Shown here: positions 1 through 10,359 of the stretch, piece after piece
Layout: the number at the start of each line of letters is the position of its first letter
Numbering within the stretch: the stretch's first letter is position 1
Origin: a virus
DNA: 64,000 nucleotides
Reading direction: 5' to 3' (one strand)
IMG/VR virus record: IMGVR_UViG_3300020469_005214
Location: 64,001 to 128,000 of that record
Made by a program: the position numbers and the translations under genes
The notes under the pieces: generated by a model
What the model was told of the DNA's origin: nothing
Database searches by the model: none
What the model saw: the letters and a program-made list of their open reading frames with translations, nothing else

Positions 1-1
1 A

Positions 2-496
2 TGGAAGTCTACGGCTGAAACACTTTTAAAATCAAGAGAACAAGTCAAAGCTCTTGTGATTCCATCGGTTAACCTGTATGGCAGTTATTATACTTATGCT
101 GACATCAGTAAAAAATGGTATATGTGTTTAAGGGAAGGCGTTCAAAGAGGTATTGTTAATTTTGCCAAAACAAAAGAAGGGTTTGATAGAACAAAGTCAG
201 ATTCAACAGAAGCAATAGATGAGAATGGTAATCTTGTTCCTTCTGCAGATATTGTTAAATCTACTGGAAGTTGGACTGATCTAGAATACTGTAAAAAAAG
301 AATGCCGTTTGTTTGGCACCTAGGATATTTATCTTTATCTCGTCGAACAAAATTAAATAAAGAATTTTGGAAAGAAAAGTGGGACAGCTATGGAGAAGGA
401 GAGTCAGACGTAATAGTAGATATTGAAAAGTTTGAAAAGAGACAGGTTTTTAAGCACGAACTAGATATAGATTTTTTAAATATAGATTCTGTTTAA
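2..496 (+). CDS. 5'-truncated ORF, probably the C-terminus of a glycosyltransferase-like protein
   Basis: Frame is open from position 2; lies at the head of a glycan-modification cluster; no diagnostic motif in the visible part. Confidence 0.4.
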   Translation, partial: WKSTAETLLKSREQVKALVIPSVNLYGSYYTYADISKKWYMCLREGVQRGIVNFAKTKEGFDRTKSDSTEAIDENGNLVPSADIVKSTGSWTDLEYCKKRMPFVWHLGYLSLSRRTKLNKEFWKEKWDSYGEGESDVIVDIEKFEKRQVFKHELDIDFLNIDSV

Positions 497-497
497 C

Positions 498-1316
498 ATG
501 ACACAATCTAAAATATTAGTTCGAGGCGAAGGTGGACTGGGCGACTGTTTGCTTTCTAATAGATTTGTTCCTGCGATTAGAGAGTATCACACTAATTGTC
601 ATATTACTTTTGGTTTTGATAATTATAGAGGAGAGTCTTATCAACTAAATGTTTTAAATCGTTTTTATCCTAACATGTCTAATATATATTGTTTATGGAA
701 CGAGGTTGATGAAAATGATTTTGATTATTTTTATGATCTTCACATAGATAAGATGAAATGGACTACTTATGATTTTGATTGGTTAAGTAGATTTTATTAT
801 TTTCCTAAGACAGAAGTTGATGTAGAAAAAAAAGATTATGTTTGTTTGCATTTAACTCACAATTTATGGGAGCCAAAAAATCTTAAAAAAGAATATGTAA
901 CTGAATTAGTGAGTCGTCTTTACGATGAAGGTCACAAGTTGGTTGCTATTTGCACCGAAAAAGAAAAAGAGCGTTATTCTGATGTTTTAGACAAAGTTGA
1001 AATTGTTTGTTCTGATATAGAAGAAGCTTGCATGACTGTTATGTCTGCCAAAGCCTTTCTAACTATAGATTCTGGTTTTAAATACATGGCTTATGCAAAT
1101 GGTGTTCCAACATTAGAAACCGCTGACCATTATTCTGAAGTTGGAGGAACTCATCCGATGTTCAAGGCAAGATGGTTACCGTTTCAAGAACGTGGAATAC
1201 CTCTTTATTCTGATCCTACTTACTTTATAGTTGGTTTAAAAAATATTTTAGAAAATAAAATTTCTTCAATATTTCCTTACAATACTTCAATAGAACAAAC
1301 ATTTGGTTTTAAATGA
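498..1316 (+). CDS. GT9 (heptosyltransferase-like) glycosyltransferase
   Basis: N-terminal GGLGD and C-terminal TIDSGFKYMA..GVP motifs typical of GT9. Confidence 0.75.
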   Translation: MTQSKILVRGEGGLGDCLLSNRFVPAIREYHTNCHITFGFDNYRGESYQLNVLNRFYPNMSNIYCLWNEVDENDFDYFYDLHIDKMKWTTYDFDWLSRFYYFPKTEVDVEKKDYVCLHLTHNLWEPKNLKKEYVTELVSRLYDEGHKLVAICTEKEKERYSDVLDKVEIVCSDIEEACMTVMSAKAFLTIDSGFKYMAYANGVPTLETADHYSEVGGTHPMFKARWLPFQERGIPLYSDPTYFIVGLKNILENKISSIFPYNTSIEQTFGFK

Positions 1317-2065
1317 AATTGTATACAGATAAATTAGGTATAAGGGTATTACCAAGTTTGGGAATAGGAGACATGGTTCAGTATTGTGCTATTCCAGAAA
1401 ATTTTTATAAAAATTATGGAACAAAATTAATCGACGTTTCCAATTGTTGGATTTGGGATGAAAACCCATATATTGAAAGAAATATTGAGACAGATAACGT
1501 AATAGATTTGTGGAGTTTATCTTGGAATTGTGATGATTTTTTAAACAGGTCTGAATTAATGAATTCTGTTTTAGAATTTCCAAAGATTTATTGTAGGTCT
1601 CCTAGACTTTATTTTAATGAAGACCCAAAACATATGCTTCAAAATAAACTTTGTTTACATTCTCAAGGTATCAGTTCTCGCACAATACTTTCTAAAAATA
1701 TAATCGACAAAATTAAAGAAAGATATTCGAATTACGATATAGTCCAAATTGGAGGTCTAGACGATGTTGATTGTCAAGTGAACGATGCTCGTGGATTAGA
1801 TATGTGGCAGACAGTTGAAGAGATATCTACTTCTTCTATTTTTATTGGAGTCAATAGTGGCATGATGAATATTGCCAATTGTTATCCTCACATAAATAAA
1901 AAATTAATTATTGATTTAGCGTCTGGACAGTTCGACGAAAATTTAAATAGATTTTCTCCTTTATCTAAAAATCATAATCTATTTGAATGGATAGATCATG
2001 GTTGGCAATATTACAATGACACTAATGTTGATATTGGTGTAACTTATACATATAATAAAATATGA
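1313..2065 (+). CDS. GT9-like glycosyltransferase
   Basis: GIGD near the N-terminus; VQIGG and FIGVNSGMMNIA motifs. Confidence 0.7.
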   Translation: MKLYTDKLGIRVLPSLGIGDMVQYCAIPENFYKNYGTKLIDVSNCWIWDENPYIERNIETDNVIDLWSLSWNCDDFLNRSELMNSVLEFPKIYCRSPRLYFNEDPKHMLQNKLCLHSQGISSRTILSKNIIDKIKERYSNYDIVQIGGLDDVDCQVNDARGLDMWQTVEEISTSSIFIGVNSGMMNIANCYPHINKKLIIDLASGQFDENLNRFSPLSKNHNLFEWIDHGWQYYNDTNVDIGVTYTYNKI

Positions 2066-2823
2066 TTTTATCTGATAGTACATTCCCCAACAAATATGAT
2101 TTTTTAAAAGAACTTATTGTTCCATATTCTACAGACTTTACCAAAAAGAGGTATGGAAATAATTGGGATGGTGGCTATATATATTTAAAAGAATTGTTTG
2201 ACGAGTCTTCAATAGTGTATTCTTATGGTATAGACGATAATCCATCAGCTATATATTTTGACATACATTGTGCCAACGAGGGCAAAAAGGTATACATGTA
2301 TGATGGAACAATTGAAGGCTGTCCAGTCAACAACCAAAACTTTTTCTTTAAAAAAGAAAACCTATATAAAGGTGTTCTGGAAAATCAGATAAAAGAAAAT
2401 AGTCACGACAAAGAAACTAATATGGTTTTGAAAATGGACATAGAGGGCTCTGAATACGAAGTGATAAATTCCGATATAGAATTGATTAGCAAGCATTTTA
2501 ATCAGATGAATATCGAAGTCCACAGTCTAATAGAAGAAGATTCTGATAACTCTGGACTAGATGAGCTTAGTTGTGCAATAAAAAAAGACAACAAGATTAA
2601 AAAAGTATTTTTTGAAAAACTTCTAGAATATTATAATATTGTTCACATCCATGCGAATAATTATACTCCAAGATATGGAGATTTCCCAGAGACTATGGAA
2701 TTAACTCTTTTAAGAAAGAATTATTCATTTAATGGAATTGATAAAACTAAGTTTCCAATAAAAGGTTTAGATTTTCCAAACAATCCGAATGAACAGGATT
2801 ATGATTTGGATTGGTGGATATAA
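2062..2823 (+). CDS. FkbM-like SAM-dependent methyltransferase
   Basis: DGGY, YSYGI and LKMDIEGSEY motifs. Confidence 0.7.
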   Translation: MILSDSTFPNKYDFLKELIVPYSTDFTKKRYGNNWDGGYIYLKELFDESSIVYSYGIDDNPSAIYFDIHCANEGKKVYMYDGTIEGCPVNNQNFFFKKENLYKGVLENQIKENSHDKETNMVLKMDIEGSEYEVINSDIELISKHFNQMNIEVHSLIEEDSDNSGLDELSCAIKKDNKIKKVFFEKLLEYYNIVHIHANNYTPRYGDFPETMELTLLRKNYSFNGIDKTKFPIKGLDFPNNPNEQDYDLDWWI

Positions 2824-2826
2824 AAT

Positions 2827-3168
2827 ATGATAAAATTAAAAGTTGACGCAGGGTATGCTTTTGATTACTTGGCAATATTGGAAGTTAAAAAAAACAACAA
2901 CCCAAATCAATCTAATATTTGGCAGGATTGTCTTTCTTATATCTCAAGTCAATTCTCAACAGATAATTGGCAAGATATGATTACTTCTAAAGAATATCTT
3001 AAAATGGTTGAAGTAAATCAAAAAACTTTTGATGCGGTTAACAAAGCTCGTTATGGAAAAATAACAGCCAAAGAAGTTGACAATTGTAATATGGAAAGAT
3101 ATAATGCTAAGCAAAGGTTTAGGAGTAAATTTTTTCCAGAAAGTGATCAACTAGAGTTTAAGACATGA
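2827..3168 (+). CDS. hypothetical protein (helical; glycan-cluster associated)
   Basis: 113-aa ORF tightly packed in the operon. Confidence 0.6.
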   Translation: MIKLKVDAGYAFDYLAILEVKKNNNPNQSNIWQDCLSYISSQFSTDNWQDMITSKEYLKMVEVNQKTFDAVNKARYGKITAKEVDNCNMERYNAKQRFRSKFFPESDQLEFKT

Positions 3169-3914
3169 TAAAAATAGGATTCTTGCTTTGCGCATATAAT
3201 CAAGAAGAGTTTGTTGATGACTGCTTGGAAAATATTGTAAAATTTTCTAAAAATGGTGGACATCTAATAAGCGCTGTATCTGTTCCTTTTGCCGAATATA
3301 AGGGGGTTGAAGTTGAGGTAGACTCTACCACTGATATCCTTCGCAAACGCCTTTTATCTGGGGATATAGACTCTTTAACAGACTCTCCAGCTTACATATC
3401 AGAAGCGGATGCCAGAACGAAAGCACTGAAGCCATTATTAGATTGCGATTTTATTTGGCTAATTGATTCAGACGAAATTTATTCTTGTCAACAACTGAAT
3501 GATATAACGAATTTTGTAAAAAACTCAGAATTTATAGACTGGTTCAGACTGTCTTTTAAAAATTATGTAGGAGAAGGTTATCTCAAGGAGCCGTTTACTC
3601 CTCCCAGGATATTCAATACGAGAACAAAAAACGGCAAACTTGCTCGCTTTTATTACGACAATGATGTTATTTATGAGACAAATAATGGCGAAATTAATTA
3701 TCAAACCATGTCTAGCAAGTTAGTTCCTGCTTCTGTAGCATGGATTGATCACTTTAGTTGGACTAGTACAAATAAAAATAAATTAAAATGTGATTATCAA
3801 AATAAGCACTTTGGACATTGTTCTTACAAATGGGAAGACGGCAAAGGAATTATTTTTGATGACGATTATTATAAAAAAACAGGAGAAATAAAACCAAAAA
3901 TTATATATGAATAA
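3165..3914 (+). CDS. GT2-family glycosyltransferase
   Basis: CAYNQEE N-terminal motif and WLIDSDE DxD motif. Confidence 0.75.
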   Translation: MIKIGFLLCAYNQEEFVDDCLENIVKFSKNGGHLISAVSVPFAEYKGVEVEVDSTTDILRKRLLSGDIDSLTDSPAYISEADARTKALKPLLDCDFIWLIDSDEIYSCQQLNDITNFVKNSEFIDWFRLSFKNYVGEGYLKEPFTPPRIFNTRTKNGKLARFYYDNDVIYETNNGEINYQTMSSKLVPASVAWIDHFSWTSTNKNKLKCDYQNKHFGHCSYKWEDGKGIIFDDDYYKKTGEIKPKIIYE

Positions 3915-4095
3915 AAAAATGATGGAAGTAGAAGTGGATGGAAAAATTGAAGAGAGATCGGTTGATTACTCTATGTATAGGGGTAAAGATGAAGACGGTC
4001 GTGCAAAGTTTGTTGATTATCCAATCCTAATGCCTCAAGAGCATTTTTATGAAAGCGAGCGTGGTCTTAAGGTTTTTACCTCTTCGGTTCGTTGA
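3907..4095 (+). CDS. hypothetical protein
   Basis: 62-aa ORF overlapping the upstream stop. Confidence 0.55.
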   Translation: MNKKMMEVEVDGKIEERSVDYSMYRGKDEDGRAKFVDYPILMPQEHFYESERGLKVFTSSVR

Positions 4096-4146
4096 CAAAA
4101 TATAAAATATTTTCTTCTAAGTGCTTGCCTAAGTGTAATATTTAGA

Positions 4147-4542
4147 ATGAAGATCGATTTAAAACTTCTTTTAATATTTACATTATTAATATCATTATGC
4201 TGGGCAGTTTTGCTCCGCAATAACGATAATCATAATTCAAATTATTATACCACTACTGGAGAAAGTAATGGAAACTTTTTTGGCGAAAAAGTTGTCGTAA
4301 AAAAGACTGATATAGAAAGTCTGGTTGTAGGCGATTTCATTGTTTTTACAAAAGATGAAGACACAATTTTGCATCCAATAACCAATATTATAAGGCTAGA
4401 AGATGAAATAATTGGTTTTGAGACAAAAGGTCTAGAAAACGATATAAAAGACCCAATAGTTTTGCCTGATAAGATCATTGGTAAGGCGTATAGAGTCTTG
4501 GAAAACGGCCTAATAGAAAAAGATACAAAATCTCCGAAATAA
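4147..4542 (+). CDS. S24/S26 signal-peptidase-like protein
   Basis: N-terminal hydrophobic anchor; TGES, VGDFIVF, ILHPI and TKGLEN..D motifs; paralog of 19912..20265. Confidence 0.6.
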   Translation: MKIDLKLLLIFTLLISLCWAVLLRNNDNHNSNYYTTTGESNGNFFGEKVVVKKTDIESLVVGDFIVFTKDEDTILHPITNIIRLEDEIIGFETKGLENDIKDPIVLPDKIIGKAYRVLENGLIEKDTKSPK

Positions 4543-4623
4543 CTACACTAAAAAGTTGACTTTGTCATTAGTTATGTTATAGTTTTTTTAAGCTTTAGTA
4601 AAAAATGTAATATTAGCTTACCT

Positions 4624-5604
4624 ATGAATAATAAAACAATTTTTGAAGAACAAATTAGCAGAAAACCCAATCAGTATCCTTGGACTGATAAGTTTATTGA
4701 TGTCATGCACGACGGACACTGGACTCACAGAGAATTCAACTTCTCTTCAGATGTTCAAGACTTTAAGACAAAATTAACTGATCAAGAAAAACAGATCATA
4801 ATCAGGGCTTTATCGGCCATCGGACAGATAGAAATAGCAGTAAAAACCTTTTGGGCTAAACTTGGAGACAACCTACCTCACCCATCAATTCAAGATATGG
4901 GATATGTTATGGCTAACATTGAGGTCATCCACAACGATGGCTATGAAAGACTTTTAGATGTTCTAGATATGCAAGAGGTTTTTGAAGAAAACTTGAAGCT
5001 AGAATGGATACAGGGAAGAGTAAAATATCTTAAAAAATACACTCACAGATATTATAAAGATAGCAAGAAGCAGTTTGTTTACGCCTTAATTCTTTTTACA
5101 CTGTTTGTTGAAAACGTAAGCCTCTTCAGTCAGTTTTATATTATCAATTGGTTTGGTCGCAAAAATTACCTCAAAGACACCAGACAAATGACTGCATATA
5201 CAGTATTGGAAGAAGATATTCATTCAAAGGTTGGTATCAAATTGGTAAATACGATTCGCGATGAAATGCCAGAACTTTTTGATGATGAGCTTGAAGAAAG
5301 AATATTGCATGAGGCTGAAGAAGCATTTAAATGTGAATCAAAAATTGTAGACTGGATGGTAAACGGAGTTAACGAAGAGAGCCTGTCTGCACCACTCTTA
5401 AAAGAATTTATCAAAGCAAGGATTAATGATTCTTTAGAGCAAATTGGATATAAAAAGAAATTCGAAGTTGACGAAGAACTGCTTACACAAACTACTTGGT
5501 TTGATGAAGAAGTTTTAGGTAATTCAATGACAGACTTCTTCAATAGTAGACCAGTAGAATACGCCAAAAACAACAAAAGCTTTGACGAAGACGACTTATT
5601 TTAA
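4624..5604 (+). CDS. nrdB: class Ia ribonucleotide reductase beta subunit
   Basis: Diiron motifs EVIH and EDIH, tyrosyl-radical Y, C-terminal TDFF. Confidence 0.95.
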   Translation: MNNKTIFEEQISRKPNQYPWTDKFIDVMHDGHWTHREFNFSSDVQDFKTKLTDQEKQIIIRALSAIGQIEIAVKTFWAKLGDNLPHPSIQDMGYVMANIEVIHNDGYERLLDVLDMQEVFEENLKLEWIQGRVKYLKKYTHRYYKDSKKQFVYALILFTLFVENVSLFSQFYIINWFGRKNYLKDTRQMTAYTVLEEDIHSKVGIKLVNTIRDEMPELFDDELEERILHEAEEAFKCESKIVDWMVNGVNEESLSAPLLKEFIKARINDSLEQIGYKKKFEVDEELLTQTTWFDEEVLGNSMTDFFNSRPVEYAKNNKSFDEDDLF

Positions 5605-5704
5605 AAAATAGGTTTATAAAATAAAGTTATGGGAGTTCAAAAAAGTAATTCTCAAAAATTCAAATTAAAACACAAAACAAATATAAAGTAAATATACTTA
5701 AAAC

Positions 5705-7357
5705 ATGAAGAAATATTATTGGCTAAACGAAGATTCTAAAACATTCTTGAAAAGAGGTTACTTAAAAGAAGGACAAACGGCAGAAGAGAGATACAAAGAA
5801 ATTGCAAAACATGCAGAAAAAATACTCGAATTAGAAGGATTTGCTGATAAGTTCGAAGATTACTTAAGCAGGGGATTTTATTCTTTAGCCTCCCCCATTG
5901 TTTCTAATTTTGGAAACGAAAAGGGGCTTCCTGTTAGTTGTTTTAATTCCTATATTCCTGATTCAACTGCTGACATTTTTGATAAGGTCGGAGAGGTAGG
6001 CATTATGTCCAAAATGGGAGGCGGAACATCTGGTTATTTTGGAGATCTAAGACCCAGAGGATCCTTAATTCAAAATGGAGAAGGTGGTCAGTCTGATGGG
6101 GCCGTAAGATTTATGGAGCTTTTTGATAAAACTGCCGATGTAATCAGTCAAGGCAGTCAAAGAAGGGGTTCTTTTGCGGCTTATTTACCCGTAGATCATA
6201 AAGATATCGAAGAGTTTCTTTTAATTAGAGAAGATGGCAACCCCATCCAAAATATGAGTATTGGAGTTACAATAACTGATGATTGGATGGAATCAATGAA
6301 GAGTGGTGATAAAAATAAGAGAAGAATCTGGGGAAAAATTATTAAAAAGAGATTTGAGAGTGGATACCCATATTTATTTTTTACTGATACCGTAAATAAT
6401 TCAAACCCAAAGTGTTATAAGGATAATAATATAAAGGTTAACGCTTCTAATTTGTGTTCGGAAATAACTGGTGTCAGTGACAAAGAAAACTCTTTTGTAT
6501 GTGTATTGTCTTCTTTAAACCTACTCCATTGGGAGGAAATGCTTGAAACTGATGCGGTTGAAACTTTAATTTATTTTTTAGATGCAGTAAACGAAGAGTT
6601 TATTCAAAAAAGTGAAGGTCTTAAATACATGGAAACCGCCCTTAACTTTGCGAAAAAATATAGAATGCTTGGCTCAGGTGTATTGGGTTGGCATTCATAT
6701 TTGCAATCCAAAAATATACCATTTGAAAGTTTAGAGGCAAAATTAAAAAATATCCAAATTTTTCAAGAAATTGAAAAAAGAAGCCATAAAGCTTCTATGG
6801 ATTTGGCTAAAAAATACGGCGAACCCGAAGGGTTAAAAGGTTTTGGTATGCGTAACAGTCATACTAATGCAGTTGCACCCACAACTTCTTCAAGCTTTAT
6901 CTTGGGGCAAATATCACCGTCAATAGAGCCTTTAAATAGTAATTATTTTGTAAAAAAACTTGCTAAAGGAAATTTTACATACAAAAACCCATTTTTGTTA
7001 AAACTTCTTGAAGAAAAGGGCAAAAATACAGCAAAGGTTTGGAAATCTATATTAACGCACGGGGGATCTGTTCAGCATTTAGATATTTTAAGTGAAGAAG
7101 AAAAAAGTGTGTATAAAACTTTTGGAGAGATATCTCAGAAAGAAATTATAATTCAGGCGGCTAATCGTCAAAAATTTATTGATCAATCTCAATCTTTAAA
7201 TGTTATGGTTCCAACATCTGCGAAACCCAAACAAGTAAGCGATTTGATGATTTTGGCTCATGAAATGGGCATTAAAACCTTGTACTACCAAAGAAGCTCT
7301 AATCCTTCGCAAGAGTTGTCCCGAAATATTATGAATTGTACTTCTTGTGAGGGTTAA
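5705..7357 (+). CDS. nrdA: class Ia ribonucleotide reductase alpha subunit
   Basis: SCF, GGG, SNLCSE, APTTSS, DQSQSLN, KTLYY and C-terminal CxxC. Confidence 0.95.
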   Translation: MKKYYWLNEDSKTFLKRGYLKEGQTAEERYKEIAKHAEKILELEGFADKFEDYLSRGFYSLASPIVSNFGNEKGLPVSCFNSYIPDSTADIFDKVGEVGIMSKMGGGTSGYFGDLRPRGSLIQNGEGGQSDGAVRFMELFDKTADVISQGSQRRGSFAAYLPVDHKDIEEFLLIREDGNPIQNMSIGVTITDDWMESMKSGDKNKRRIWGKIIKKRFESGYPYLFFTDTVNNSNPKCYKDNNIKVNASNLCSEITGVSDKENSFVCVLSSLNLLHWEEMLETDAVETLIYFLDAVNEEFIQKSEGLKYMETALNFAKKYRMLGSGVLGWHSYLQSKNIPFESLEAKLKNIQIFQEIEKRSHKASMDLAKKYGEPEGLKGFGMRNSHTNAVAPTTSSSFILGQISPSIEPLNSNYFVKKLAKGNFTYKNPFLLKLLEEKGKNTAKVWKSILTHGGSVQHLDILSEEEKSVYKTFGEISQKEIIIQAANRQKFIDQSQSLNVMVPTSAKPKQVSDLMILAHEMGIKTLYYQRSSNPSQELSRNIMNCTSCEG

Positions 7358-7459
7358 TTTATTATTTTTAAAATTTACTATAAATTAATTCACTATTTTT
7401 TAAATCTGATGTAAATAGTTATTATGATAGTAAAACTATTTCTAATTTGAATAAATGTC

Positions 7460-7861
7460 ATGGTAGAAAAAATGTTTCATACTACTTTGGGGCGGGTGCT
7501 TGGTATTGTAACTATAGCTGTTACAACATGGTTAGGCACTGTTATAGTCGGACATTGGCATGTAACAGTGGCATCACCTCAGTATGTTGACCAACAAGTC
7601 AAGGAGGCTATTGATAGCGTTCAAGCAAAAATTATTACCGAAGACAGAAAAATAAAGGAAGAGCTTCTTGAAATTAAGATAAAAAGCAATAATTATCAAG
7701 AAAAACTATTCAATGAGTTTCAGAAAATGAGAGAATCTGCAATGGTTTTTCAAACTCAAGTTACATCTGACATGAGTTATCTGAAAAAAACAGTAGGCGA
7801 TATAGAGCAAGACATAAAAGAAAACGAGAAAAGGTTAAGAGAAGTTGAATCCAAAAACTAA
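7460..7861 (+). CDS. membrane-anchored coiled-coil protein
   Basis: N-terminal transmembrane segment followed by heptad-rich region. Confidence 0.6.
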   Translation: MVEKMFHTTLGRVLGIVTIAVTTWLGTVIVGHWHVTVASPQYVDQQVKEAIDSVQAKIITEDRKIKEELLEIKIKSNNYQEKLFNEFQKMRESAMVFQTQVTSDMSYLKKTVGDIEQDIKENEKRLREVESKN

Positions 7862-8177
7862 AGATGAAATTACATTTATCAGGTCTCAGTTGTTCAAAGA
7901 TATTCAAATTAGTGTTGATTTAGTAGAAAAATCTGTTATTTCTGTCCTTAAAAAGCATAAATGGGAAGCTAGTAAAAAATTTGAGAACGATAGGGTACTT
8001 GACGCATATTCTTTGTATTTAAGGGAACACGAAGAAACAAAATTTTATTTTAAAAAACTCAAAGCGTCTAGAAGTCCATTAACATTATTTAGTTGGCTTC
8101 AGGAATACTCTGGTTCTTTTGAAAAAACAGAGAAAAACCTCAGAAGACTGGGAAATTTAATAAATAGAGATATCTAA
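7845..8177 (+). CDS. hypothetical protein
   Basis: 110-aa ORF; start codon uncertain (TTG). Confidence 0.5.
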   Translation: MNPKTKDEITFIRSQLFKDIQISVDLVEKSVISVLKKHKWEASKKFENDRVLDAYSLYLREHEETKFYFKKLKASRSPLTLFSWLQEYSGSFEKTEKNLRRLGNLINRDI

Positions 8178-8225
8178 ACAGACCTTTATTTTTCTCATTT
8201 TGAGTGTTTTATTGTAATATAATTT

Positions 8226-8615
8226 ATGAAATGGGAAAAAACAGGTAAATGTAAAAACGGAAGATTTAACTATACAGCTTCTTGTGACGGCGAAAAAACT
8301 ACTTTCAACCTTGATGGAATGGCAGTAACTACAGAATTTACATCTCAAGAAGAGGCTGTTAAGTTTTTAATTGTTAATGGCTACATGCCCTTTGATATAG
8401 ATGGATCATCTAAATCCATTGAAGAGGTTGAAATACCAGAAGAAGAAGAAGAAGAAGAAGAAGAAGCACAATCTTTATATGACCTCAAAGAAGAGATCGC
8501 AAACGAAGTAGAAGAAGAAAAGTCTGCGTGTGGTCTTGAAGAAGAGTGCGAGTGTGAAGATGATGAGTGTGAGATCGAAGAAGACTGGGAAGACGATCTA
8601 GAAGACGACTCTTAA
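8226..8615 (+). CDS. highly acidic hypothetical protein
   Basis: Poly-Glu/Asp C-terminal half; TGTAATA motif 13 nt before the ATG. Confidence 0.65.
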   Translation: MKWEKTGKCKNGRFNYTASCDGEKTTFNLDGMAVTTEFTSQEEAVKFLIVNGYMPFDIDGSSKSIEEVEIPEEEEEEEEEAQSLYDLKEEIANEVEEEKSACGLEEECECEDDECEIEEDWEDDLEDDS

Positions 8616-8666
8616 TTTTTTCTAAAACAATAGTTGAAAAATACTTCTTTATGCCTAAAATAGGGC

Positions 8667-9716
8667 ATGAAAAAGATTTTAATTACAGGTGTAAGCGGTC
8701 AAGACGGATCGCTTATGACAGACTATCTCTTAGAACTTGGTCATGAGGTGTACGGACTAGTTAGGCATTCTGCTTCAACAAATGATCGAAATTACGTTCA
8801 CAATCTAGATAACAAAAATTTTCATCTAGTTACTGGAGATATTACAGATTTCTCTTGTATGTGTCATATAGTCCAGACTATACAGCCAGATTATTTTATA
8901 AACTTAGCCGCAATGTCTTTTGTTGCTGAAAGCTGGAATTCTCCAGTATCAACATTTGAAATAGATGCCAACGGAGTTTTATATTGCTTGGAAGCTATTA
9001 GACTTCATCAGCCAAAATGTCGCTTTTATTCAGCGGGAACAAGCGAGCAACTATCTGAAATAGAATATATTCCTCAAGATGAAAACCACAAAAGAACTGC
9101 TAAATCACCATATGGGGCAGCAAAAATAGCTGCAGAGCAGTTAGTTAGAGTTTATAGAAATTCTTATGACTTATACGCGATTCATGGCATTTTATTCAAT
9201 CATGAAGGTGTTCGAAGAAACGAATGTTTCGTGTCTCGTAAGATTACAACTAATGTAGCTAGAATAAAAAAAGAATTAGACGAAGGAAGAGTTCCTAAGC
9301 CGTTAGAAATAGGCTTTTTAGATAGCGAAAGAGACTGGTCTGATGCCGAAGATTTTGTTCGTGGAATTTGGATGATGTTGAACCAAGATGGCTCTCCAAA
9401 AGAATACGTTTTATCTAGTGGTGAGTGTCACAGCGTTAGAGAGTTTGTCGAAAAAGCATTTAAAGCGGCTGGAATTAAAGGATTTTGGGAGGGCGAAAAA
9501 GAATCAGAAAGATATATTATGTCGAGCGTTCGACATCACGGTAAAAAGGTTGATTTAGTTACAATAAATCCAAAATTTTATCGTCCCTTTGAGGTTACTA
9601 AATTACACGGTAGCCATGAAAAAATCAAAAAAGAGTTGGGATGGGAACCAAAGGTTAGTTTTGAAGAATTAGTAAAGAAAATGGTAGATAACGACATTAA
9701 ATTAATTAACAGTTAA
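8667..9716 (+). CDS. gmd: GDP-mannose 4,6-dehydratase
   Basis: ITGVSGQDGS, NLAAMSFV, SPYGAAK, LFNHE, RDW motifs. Confidence 0.92.
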   Translation: MKKILITGVSGQDGSLMTDYLLELGHEVYGLVRHSASTNDRNYVHNLDNKNFHLVTGDITDFSCMCHIVQTIQPDYFINLAAMSFVAESWNSPVSTFEIDANGVLYCLEAIRLHQPKCRFYSAGTSEQLSEIEYIPQDENHKRTAKSPYGAAKIAAEQLVRVYRNSYDLYAIHGILFNHEGVRRNECFVSRKITTNVARIKKELDEGRVPKPLEIGFLDSERDWSDAEDFVRGIWMMLNQDGSPKEYVLSSGECHSVREFVEKAFKAAGIKGFWEGEKESERYIMSSVRHHGKKVDLVTINPKFYRPFEVTKLHGSHEKIKKELGWEPKVSFEELVKKMVDNDIKLINS

Positions 9717-9717
9717 T

Positions 9718-10359
9718 ATGTCTTATTTGACCCATAATTTACCAACTTTTACTTGTTTCATAAGAAACGAATATCTTTTTAATCATGAAAAGGGTCATAA
9801 AGAATATACATTATGCGATGTACATTCCGTCACTTCATTGGAAAAAAGGGTTCCTCTGTTTGAGTGTTACTTGGATAACGGTGTAAACTGGACAAGAAGG
9901 CCGATAACAGCTTTATGTTGGAAAGAATGCGATCCTGTACCACTTGAAGAAACAATGTATTGGGACTGTTTCTCTCCCTATGTAGACGTAGGCATAAGAA
10001 GTAGATTAAAAGGTCTTAGAGCCATACTTATAACCCCTTCTAACAAAAGAGAATGGGGCGAATATATGTTCACAATAGATTGGGGATGGGAAAACAAAGC
10101 GATATTAGATACGAACTTCTCAGAACATCCAGAACATAAATGTGCTCATTTATTTAAAATGGAGAATGGAAATTTCTATGCTTATCCTAACAATAGAATT
10201 ATTTGGCACGATGATGCTTGGGTCGAGAATCCATTAAAAGATAATCCAGGCTATCAAATAGATCAGAATTTTTATAGCGTAGAAAATAAAAGGGTGAAGT
10301 ACACTGATAATTCCTTTATGACTGAGTTCACCGACTTACATTACACAGATTCAGAATAA
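9718..10359 (+). CDS. conserved phage hypothetical protein
   Basis: 213-aa ORF with WDCFS, EHKC and GNFYAYPNNR motifs, which I recall from aquatic phages. Confidence 0.65.
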   Translation: MSYLTHNLPTFTCFIRNEYLFNHEKGHKEYTLCDVHSVTSLEKRVPLFECYLDNGVNWTRRPITALCWKECDPVPLEETMYWDCFSPYVDVGIRSRLKGLRAILITPSNKREWGEYMFTIDWGWENKAILDTNFSEHPEHKCAHLFKMENGNFYAYPNNRIIWHDDAWVENPLKDNPGYQIDQNFYSVENKRVKYTDNSFMTEFTDLHYTDSE

